The notes beneath the pieces were generated by a model. That model saw only the letters and a program-made list of their open reading frames with translations, had not been told where the DNA came from and did not search any database. Position numbers and translations under genes: made by a program. Shown in pieces: positions 1 to 9,002 of a DNA stretch of 21,499 nt (its first letter is position 1; each line of letters starts with the position of its first letter). The stretch is from Zygophlyctis sp. KS116 (Eukaryota; Fungi; Chytridiomycota), in NCBI GenBank assembly GCA_054661495.1, contig BAAFSQ010000172.1, positions 1-21,499 of the forward strand. The letters are read 5' to 3'.

Positions 1-77
1 ATTTGGCTACGTCAAGGGGAAAACTATTAATTATCTCAAGTTTGGTGAGCCCTGCGCTAATAAAAATTTTTAAAGTC
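1..77. repeat. Left copy of terminal inverted repeat (77 bp)
   Basis: 1-77 is the exact reverse complement of 21423-21499; the match breaks at position 78/21422. Confidence 0.97.
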
Positions 78-360
78 TTAGGGACCCCACATTTCCCAAT
101 GTGGGTCCGTAACATCAAATAAAGGAAAGCTAGGATTGCATTTCATAAGATAAATAGAACCTTTAATCTCATTAAGAAAGTGAGGACTAATAGATTTAAA
201 AGTGTGATTCTAAAGAAATCTTTGTAATGTTGAAATCCAAAGAATCGTAAGCTTTCTAGGAAATGATTAAGCATAAGAATGTACAGGTATAAATAATGTG
301 TATATCAAGATCTTACTAATGAACTGGGCGAGTGGGGAAATCTTTTTAGATGTGTGCGGC

Positions 361-1734
361 TCAAATTTGGTATCCAATATAAGAGAATAAGATAGCCATT
401 AAGTCCATATAAGTAAGTAGGGTCATAAGAATAAAATTAAATCCTAAGATAAAATAAATAACTAAGTTTCCTTCTAATTTAGCGATAGGTAATGCATAAG
501 AACTAGGGGAGAATAATATATAATAAGCAATTCGAATGTAATTAGATACGGCAACAACAGTAGTAAGAATAATAATACTAAATAAGAAAGGATGAAAGAC
601 TAAGAAAGTTTTAGAGAGTAATAAGTATTTAGCAAAGAAACCAGGTAAAGGAGGGATCCCAGCGATAGAGAATAAAGATATAACTAAAGAGAAAGCCATG
701 AAAGGATTAGTTTTAAATAAACCTTTTAATTGTGTGAAAGAATCCATATCTTTTTCATAAATCCGGTAAAGTGCGATTAAAATAATAAAGATGTTAAGTA
801 CGGGTAAAATATAAAGTACAACATTGTAAAGAACTAAGCCAGAATATTGAATAATAATTAAGAAATAACCTAAATTAGCAATAGCACTGAAAGCTAAGAA
901 TCTTCTAATTTTGAATTGTTGATATAAAGCAAATGAACCAATAATAAGAGATAAGAATCCAGCAATAATAAAGAAATTGTTTTGACACTCTAAGAAATCT
1001 ACTAAGTTAAGAGCTAAGAAAATGTATAATAATTTAGGAATATTAGAGATGTAAGCAGCGATAGGTAAGTTAGTAGTATCATAAAGGTCCGGAGCCCAGT
1101 AATGAAGAGGAGCAGCACCCATTTTAAATAATAAAGCGAAAATAATCATAATAACAGGTAAATCAAGAGATTGAAAAGACATAGCAATATAAACAGATTC
1201 AAACTCTAAACTACCAGTAATATGATATAAAATAGCGAGACCTAAAAGTAAGAAAGCAGTACTAAAAGCACTAAGTAAGAAATATTTTAATGAAGCAGAT
1301 AAAGCCTCTTGTTTTTTTACACCATTACCAATAATAATAATATAAAGAGATAAATTAAAAAGTTCCCAAGAGATAAAGAAGATAATAAAGTTATAACTTT
1401 CTAAAAGGAAAGAAGCACTAATAAGGTTAGTAAAAAGAATAAGATAAAACTCAGGTTTAAATTTGATATCTCTGTAAGCAACTAAAAGGATGAGGGCAAT
1501 CAATATAAGTAATGACTCTTGAGCTAAAACAGCTTGGTTAATTCGAAGACAATCATTTAATAAAGTAATAGCAAATCCATCATAAAAAATGAAAGTATCA
1601 AAAACACTAGAGGCAAAAGCGAGAGCTAAAGAGATAATAGCCAATCTATAAATATAAGCATTCTGTTCAACTTTCATCCCAGAGAACACAATAATATGTA
1701 AGAAAAGGTTAATAAAAAGTAAATTAGTTAACAT
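361..1734 (-). CDS. nad2: NADH dehydrogenase subunit 2
   Basis: Motifs EALSASLKYFLLSAFS, FKMGAAPLHYWAPDLY, RRFLAFSAIANLGY, SIAGIPPLPGFFAK; ATG start, TGA stop. Confidence 0.96.
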   Translation of the reverse strand: MLTNLLFINLFLHIIVFSGMKVEQNAYIYRLAIISLALAFASSVFDTFIFYDGFAITLLNDCLRINQAVLAQESLLILIALILLVAYRDIKFKPEFYLILFTNLISASFLLESYNFIIFFISWELFNLSLYIIIIGNGVKKQEALSASLKYFLLSAFSTAFLLLGLAILYHITGSLEFESVYIAMSFQSLDLPVIMIIFALLFKMGAAPLHYWAPDLYDTTNLPIAAYISNIPKLLYIFLALNLVDFLECQNNFFIIAGFLSLIIGSFALYQQFKIRRFLAFSAIANLGYFLIIIQYSGLVLYNVVLYILPVLNIFIILIALYRIYEKDMDSFTQLKGLFKTNPFMAFSLVISLFSIAGIPPLPGFFAKYLLLSKTFLVFHPFLFSIIILTTVVAVSNYIRIAYYILFSPSSYALPIAKLEGNLVIYFILGFNFILMTLLTYMDLMAILFSYIGYQI

Positions 1735-1768
1735 TATGAGAAGGAATAAAAATTAATAAATGGTCCAA

Positions 1769-2542
1769 TTATGATCCCCACCAATAATAAACGACGAAGA
1801 CAAATAACCAAACAACATCAACAAGATGCCAATAATAAATAGCAAACTCGAAACATAAGTGATGCTCAATAGTAAAATGATCATATAAAATTCTCAAATA
1901 AGAGACAATTAAGAAAAGAACACCGACAATAACATGTAAAGCGTGTAATCCAGTAGTCATATAGAAAATAGAACCATAAACAGAATCAGCGATAGTAACT
2001 TCTCCATAAAAATACTCATTATATTGTAAGAAAAGGAATAAAGCTCCAAATAAGATAGTAAAGAAAGTCATCCAAAGACTAAGATATTTTTGTCCAGCAA
2101 GGAAAGCATTATGAGCGATAGTTAAAATGAAACCAGATGCAACTAAAACAGAACTACCTAATAATGGAATAGCCCAAGTGTTAACGGGATTAATACCCTC
2201 CGGAGGCCATTGAACACCGAACTCAATAGAAGGAGCTAAACTAGAATGAAAGAAAGCCCAAAAGAAACTAGAGAATAACATAATTTCAGAAATAAGGAAA
2301 AGTAAGAAACCAATTAAGATACCATTTTGTACTTTTTTAGTATGAAAACCAGCTTTAGCTTCTCTAATAACATCTCTCCACCATTGGAAAGCGATAAGTA
2401 AAACCAAGGCAATTTGAACATAGAAATAAGGACCCATATGAGTCAACCATTTAACAACAGTGAATCCTAAAGATAATAATGAAAAAGATAGCATAATCGG
2501 CCAAGGAGAAACGTCCACTAAATGATAAGGATGTTTATACAT
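1769..2542 (-). CDS. cox3: Cytochrome c oxidase subunit 3
   Basis: HPYHLVDVSPWP, WWRDVIRE, TGLHALHV, YWHLVDVVW. Confidence 0.99.
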   Translation of the reverse strand: MYKHPYHLVDVSPWPIMLSFSLLSLGFTVVKWLTHMGPYFYVQIALVLLIAFQWWRDVIREAKAGFHTKKVQNGILIGFLLFLISEIMLFSSFFWAFFHSSLAPSIEFGVQWPPEGINPVNTWAIPLLGSSVLVASGFILTIAHNAFLAGQKYLSLWMTFFTILFGALFLFLQYNEYFYGEVTIADSVYGSIFYMTTGLHALHVIVGVLFLIVSYLRILYDHFTIEHHLCFEFAIYYWHLVDVVWLFVFVVYYWWGS

Positions 2543-2595
2543 AAAAATCTCAAATCCTAATTCTTAAAAGATACCCCCCGGTCTGAGTGCAAAAG

Positions 2596-2877
2596 TTAGA
2601 ATGTACCTAATGTACCTTTATTAGGATAGAAATTAATGAGTATAGCTAATCCAAAAGCAGATTCAGCACCAGCAAGTGGTAAAATGATTAAAGTAACTAA
2701 TATACCTACAGCATCATCTAAAATAAAAGAAACTTGTAAGAAAATTAACCCAATAGCTAAAAGTAAAACCTCTAAAGCAATAAGTAAGAAAATGAGATTT
2801 CGATTACCGTTAAAAAGGAACATCACCACCCCCAAAATAAATAAGAAAAAAGAAAGTGTTAAACTTAATAAAATCAT
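2596..2877 (-). CDS. nad4L: NADH dehydrogenase subunit 4L
   Basis: 93 aa hydrophobic protein with RNLIFLLIALEVLL and AGAESAFGLAILI. Confidence 0.95.
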   Translation of the reverse strand: MILLSLTLSFFLFILGVVMFLFNGNRNLIFLLIALEVLLLAIGLIFLQVSFILDDAVGILVTLIILPLAGAESAFGLAILINFYPNKGTLGTF

Positions 2878-2966
2878 TATTAAATAAAGTCAAAATTTCT
2901 AAATATCACCACCCCCCGGGCCCCCATACCCTGCATTTTTAACGGACCCCCGGGGGGGGCCCTCCA

Positions 2967-3518
2967 TTAAGCTAAAGTGATCCATAAAACTCCAATTAAA
3001 ATTAACCAAAGAATATAACTAATCAGAACAATAATAAGAGGCCATTTAATATAAAGTAACTCAGCTAAGACATGAATATCAGTATAACTTTGTACAGCAT
3101 CAGACCAATTAACATTAAAGTAAGTAAAAATCATATCATTTTCTAAATAAACTAATCTAAAAGAATAAGCTAGAGCAGAAGCTAATAAGAAAATCATAAA
3201 GTAATACAAGTAATTAACCCATTTATTAGAGTCGACCCCCCTTAAGGTGGGTCCAGAGTAATCTAGTTTTTCAGTAGCCCAATTATCTAAAGGAACCATC
3301 ATAATAACAAAAAGGAAAAGAATAGCAATAGCTCCAATATAAACAATGAGATAAGTAAGTCCTAAGAAAAAGAAATTAAGAATAATGAAAATGAAGGATG
3401 AGAAAATGAATAGAGAGATTAAAGCTAGAAGTTTTTGTATAGGATCCCATTGTGTGACTAGGACTAAGGCGGAAATAAAGATACCCAGATTAGCGGCCAG
3501 GAAAATATAGTTTAACAT
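2967..3518 (-). CDS. nad6: NADH dehydrogenase subunit 6
   Basis: LIVYIGAIAILFLFVIMM motif. First ATG is at 3518 (the track starts at TTG 3524). A GC hairpin at about 3231-3254 is read in frame (GPTLRGVD). Confidence 0.94.
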   Translation of the reverse strand: MLNYIFLAANLGIFISALVLVTQWDPIQKLLALISLFIFSSFIFIILNFFFLGLTYLIVYIGAIAILFLFVIMMVPLDNWATEKLDYSGPTLRGVDSNKWVNYLYYFMIFLLASALAYSFRLVYLENDMIFTYFNVNWSDAVQSYTDIHVLAELLYIKWPLIIVLISYILWLILIGVLWITLA

Positions 3519-3544
3519 ATTCAATAAAGTATCAAATATATAGA

Positions 3545-4285
3545 TTAACGAAAGCTATTAAGGAAGTTAATGTAAGAATTAAGACTAACGGCATGTAAAC
3601 CAATAGGCATAAAACCATGTAAAATCCCACAAAGCTCAGAGCATTGTCCATAGAAAGTAGAAGGTCTGGTAATAACAAATCCAACAGAGTTTAATCTTCC
3701 TGGAATAGCATCACTTTTAATACCTAAGGAAGGAATAGCAAAACTATGTAAAACATCATTAGAAGTAACTAACAATCTGACACTAGTATTAACAGGTAAA
3801 ACTAAGTAATTATCAACAGTAAGTAATCTATTATCACCCACCTCTAAATCTTCATCCTGAACTAAGAAAGAGTCGAAATTAATATGATCCCCAATAGAAT
3901 CTACGTAATCAGAATACTCATAATTCCAATACCATTGATTACCAGAAACTTTAACAGTAACCTCGGCATCAAGAATTTCATCCATAACATATAAAAGAAT
4001 TAAACTAGGAATACCAATAGCCCATAAAATTAAAGCAGGAGAAATAGTCCAAGCTAATTCAATCTCATCCCCATGTCTAAGATCTCTCAGAAAATCCCTT
4101 TGAATTAAAGCACTAACAAAGAACCAAAGAACGACAGTTAAAATAATAATTAAATAAAATATGATAGCATCATGTAATTCAATAATACCCTACATATTAT
4201 TAGAAGCCGGATCTTGGAATCCATAAGACCAATCATTAGCAAAATCGGCACAAATAGCCCAATTAGCCATAATATAAAGAGTCAT
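3545..4285 (-). CDS. cox2: Cytochrome c oxidase subunit 2 (246 aa, one UAG=Leu)
   Basis: Frame extends through TAG 4190-4192 to ATG 4285 (alternative start 4270): GFQDPASNNM(L)GIIELHD, ELAWTISP, GNQWYW, CuA motif CSELCGILHGFM. Confidence 0.96.
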
Positions 4286-4350
4286 AATTAGGATAGGTGG
4301 GGGGGTATTTCTTATATAATAAGCAACCTCGGGGAGGGTTCTGAACCTTT

Positions 4351-4453
4351 TACTCCTAGCATTGTGCAAATGCTGGAACTACTCCAAGCATTGTGCAAAT
4401 GCTGGAACTACTCCAAGCATTGTGCAAATGCTGGAACTACTCCAAGCATTGTG
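4351..4453. repeat. Tandem array, about 3.5 x 29 bp (tactccaagcattgtgcaaatgctggaac)
   Basis: Units start at 4351, 4380, 4409, with a partial unit at 4438. Each contains the agcatt...aatgct hairpin of the dispersed element family. Confidence 0.95.
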
Positions 4454-4482
4454 GGGGCACTAGGTGATATTAAAAATTTACA

Positions 4483-4908
4483 TTAGCTCTAATGGACCGA
4501 TCGCTGGGATTGAAGTGATTTAAAGTCTTGAGAGGTTCCTAATTTCAGGGCACCTTTTTTCCATTCATAAATAAAACCTAGTGTTAAAATAATCATAAAG
4601 AATAAGTAAGCTAATAAAGGAATAGGACTTTGCATAGTTTGTAAGATAGTAGCTAAGGGGAAAATGAATATAATTTCGAGGTCAAAAATGAGATATAAGA
4701 TACCAATAATCCAATAAAGAACATCAAACTTAATTCTAGCGTTAGTATGAATAGGGTCAAATCCGCACTCATAAGAAGACAGTTTTTCACTATCTTTCTG
4801 TGAGAGACTAGTTAAGAAATTCATAAGGTATAAAACACTTAAAATGATAGCGATAAGGAAAATAAGACATGCTAAACTGAGGCCAAAACTGTACTCCCAT
4901 AATTCCAT
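4483..4908 (-). CDS. nad3: NADH dehydrogenase subunit 3 (C-terminal part of the 419-aa fused frame)
   Basis: EKLSSYECGFDP, ILYLIFDLEIIFIFP, GFIYEWKKGAL. TAG 4489-4491 reads through to TAA 4483-4485. Start is uncertain (ATG 4908, or the fused start at 5742). Confidence 0.92.
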
Positions 4909-5742
4909 AGGAGAATGAAGGAAATAAAGGTTGTAAGTTTTTTTAATGTTATATCGATAGTTATAATAATCTAGGTCATGCATACAACGATAAGTTTCAA
5001 TCAGACTAGGGAAAATCTCTTTGTTAACAAGCATCCGTAATCTTTTAGCATAAAGTTCTTTAGGTAAATCATTAAATCCTAACTAATTATTGGGGTCTAA
5101 TTTAGTAATATCATACCGGAAAGTCATAGTAGGGAAATTAGAAGTGTTCTCATAAGCTAAACCATAACCAACCCAAACTCTAGAGCGTTTTAAGAGCTCT
5201 GAATCAAGGAAAGATTCATAGAATGGGAAAATAGTATTGAAAGAAGGCCATCCTCTAGAGACCATATATTTATCAATTAACTCAATAAGATGGGCAAAGA
5301 AGGAATCATAGTAAAATAGGAAAATGAGACCTAAAATAAGTAATCCACAAATCCGAACCTAAATGAGAGATTGATTAGTAAAATACTTGTAAAGGTAAGT
5401 GCAAAGGAAAAGAACTAGCATAATAATAAAGATAACAGTGTAATCGTTTTGTAACCGATAAGTACACATAATGCCATTGTAAATAAAATTATCGATACAC
5501 TGAAATTTCATCTCTGAAAAGAAGAATTTGTCCTCACTTAATTTAAAGAACATAGGTACAGACAAGTTTCGAACTCTCCAAAGAAATAAGTCTCTAGAGA
5601 GGTAAATACCATAAATAAGAACTGAAACAGAAACGATTAATAAAGTAATATGAATGAAACGAAAAAGAACCCCTAAAGGGGCCCCAATAGGAGGGAAAGA
5701 AAAATTTCTTATGGATTTGTCCATTGGAGAATAAAAAGTCAT
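4483..5742 (-). CDS. orf419: atp6 N-terminus + unknown membrane domain fused in frame to nad3
   Basis: Track ORFs 5359-5742, 5083-5265 and 4489-5034 share one frame. Each ends in TAG (Leu), and the linkers contain no TAA/TGA. Confidence 0.75.
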
Positions 5743-5804
5743 TTTAGAAGTATTTCACACATACACACTATACTTATCTTTCGAAAATTATCCTATCCTA
5801 AGAG
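5720..5804. repeat. 85-bp direct repeat, copy 1 (atp6 5' leader + first 7 codons)
   Basis: Identical to 14487-14571. Confidence 0.96.
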
Positions 5805-5812
5805 TCACTATT

Positions 5813-5911
5813 GGGCCCCCTTGGGGGGGGCGACAAGCCCCTAATTTAAAATTAGGGGTGCCCCCAGCCCCTAATTTCAAATTCTGGGGTCAAGCCGGGC
5901 CCCGATCCAGG
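5813..5911. repeat. GC-rich hairpin cluster
   Basis: gcccccttgggggggg followed by two agcccctaattt..aatt..gggg hairpins. Confidence 0.75.
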
Positions 5912-5913
5912 CT

Positions 5914-7383
<1,470 letters not shown>

Positions 7384-7592
7384 ACAAGTGACTATCTTAT
7401 CTTTAGAGTTATAGCCCCAATACTGAGCATAATATAAGGAAAGTAAAATTTTAACCTTAAAACCTGGGCCCCCCCCCCCAGGGGGGCCGGACTAGGGCCT
7501 TTAAAATAAGTCTAACCTCATAAATCAGATGGGTCCGAATGGATCATCTGCCATCCTAAATGGACCAAGTTTTATATCTATGCGAGACCCCT

Positions 7593-7653
7593 CGGACCCA
7601 GCATTGTAAAATGCTGGGGTCCCGGACCCAGCATTGTAAAATGCTGGGGTCCC
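7593..7653. repeat. Tandem duplication 2 x 30 bp of hairpin element A (cggacccagcattgtaaaatgctggggtcc)
   Basis: Two exact adjacent copies, each a stem-loop. Confidence 0.93.
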
Positions 7654-7957
7654 AATGGGACTCCTATCTTGAGAATATCCATATAGGATAGGGTCCCTCT
7701 GGACCCAGCATTGTAAGTGCTAGGGGTAAAGGGGGCCCTTTAGGCCGTTTTTCTTAAACTACATCCACAATATCTACTGGGGAGCCCCTTTAGGGGTGCC
7801 CCCATTTAATTAATAGAACGATAGGTTTTACCTATATCTTTGAACCATAATAGCTTTCTACTGGGGAGCCCCTTTTCCCCCAGCGACCCCCTATAGGGGG
7901 GTCCATTGGTCCAATCACTACAATTCGGTCCTACATCGATGGGTCCCAAAAAAAGGG

Positions 7958-8039
7958 TATGTCTGGTGGGAGTCGAACCCACAAGGCTTTCACCAGTTAC
8001 TTTAGAGATAACCGAGTTTTCCAATTTCTCCACAGACAC
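7958..8039 (-). tRNA. trnL: tRNA-Leu (anticodon CUA, decodes UAG)
   Basis: Cloverleaf: anticodon arm gttat-ctCTAaa-gtaac, long variable arm, T arm gtggg-ttcgact-cccac; 82 nt. Confidence 0.93.
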
Positions 8040-8085
8040 AACCAATAAACCTCAATAGTACCTCCAGCATAGGATGCAGGGCCTC

Positions 8086-8156
8086 TAGAGACGATAGGAC
8101 TCGAACCTATAACAATAATTTTGGAGATTATTATTTTACCATTAAACTACATCTCT
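8086..8156 (-). tRNA. trnW: tRNA-Trp (CCA)
   Basis: Anticodon arm ataat-ctCCAaa-attat, T arm atagg-ttcgagt-cctat, paired acceptor stem. Confidence 0.95.
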
Positions 8157-8267
8157 AAACTTTCTGGATCCTATAGTATTTTTGTTGGGGGCACCTCTGG
8201 GGGCCCAGCACTCACAACGAACCCTGGTCGTTGGGCATTCCATATAGGCTTCGACCCGGTCCCAATT

Positions 8268-8340
8268 TCAGAATGGCAGGACTTGAACCTACAACCTCTG
8301 CTACCCAAAAGCAGTACTCAACCAATTAAGCTACATTCTT
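8268..8340 (-). tRNA. trnP: tRNA-Pro (UGG), A1:G72 mismatch
   Basis: Anticodon arm ctgct-ttTGGgt-agcag; acceptor stem aagaatg/cattctg. Confidence 0.95.
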
Positions 8341-8410
8341 GAAGGTTAAGGGAATCGAACCCTTATCAATAGCTCGACAAGCTAGCATTTTACCATTAAA
8401 CTAAACCTCC
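8340..8410 (-). tRNA. trnD: tRNA-Asp (GUC)
   Basis: Anticodon arm tagc-ttGTCga-gcta, T arm aaggg-ttcgatt-ccctt, acceptor ggaggtt/aaccttc. The discriminator falls on 8340. Confidence 0.93.
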
Positions 8411-8439
8411 ATATATGGTGGATACTCATTTCGACCCCA

Positions 8440-8904
8440 TTACATATAATCCCAAAACTATTTTAATTCTTTTAAAGTTCTAATTAACTCTCTAGTAGTA
8501 TAACTATCTACATTATCATAAATATCCTGAAAATATTTGTCCTAGGCATAACTTTCAGGTGTTCTAGCTTCTACGTAATATCTTCTCCATTCATTCCAAA
8601 CAAAGCCTCTAGTCATATCTCTAAGTCTTTTAATACCTTGAATAGAATCAATGAGGTCTTTTATCTTATAAATTAAATCCGCTCGTCTATAAGGATTCTG
8701 AGGATCATTTTCATGTAAAGATGCAATATACTATCTACCATCTCTAATATAACACAACATATTATCTGGGTGATAAGGATCAGAAGTTGGAATATCTTCA
8801 CCAGTATGTGGACACCCTAAATCCTGGGCATGTAACTAATTTAAACAATCGTCCAGGGATCCACTAATAAAAGTACTAAGCCCCTAATATATAAGAAATA
8901 CCAT
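8440..8904 (-). CDS. orf154, hypothetical protein (visible only with UAG=Leu)
   Basis: ATG 8904 to TAA 8440, 5 internal TAG, no TAA/TGA. A/T-ending codon bias like the true genes; same strand as its neighbours. Confidence 0.65.
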
Positions 8905-9002
8905 AAGCTAGGACCCCCCCCTGGGGGGGGGTCAAACCCAAAGGAATCAACTCCCTCAAGGTGGTCCGGAGTGGGCGAAATCTCATCAATTTGAACATAG
9001 AG

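Noticed and set aside
2636-2887. Plus-strand 83-aa ORF (also 6142-6324)
   Set aside because: Antisense shadows of nad4L and cox1.
4351-4453. CRISPR-like array of 29-bp palindromic repeats
   Set aside because: The units are directly adjacent with no unique spacers, there are no cas genes, and the context is mitochondrial.
7806-8342. Track ORFs 7806-8045 and 8121-8342
   Set aside because: They overlap tRNA genes and GC repeats.
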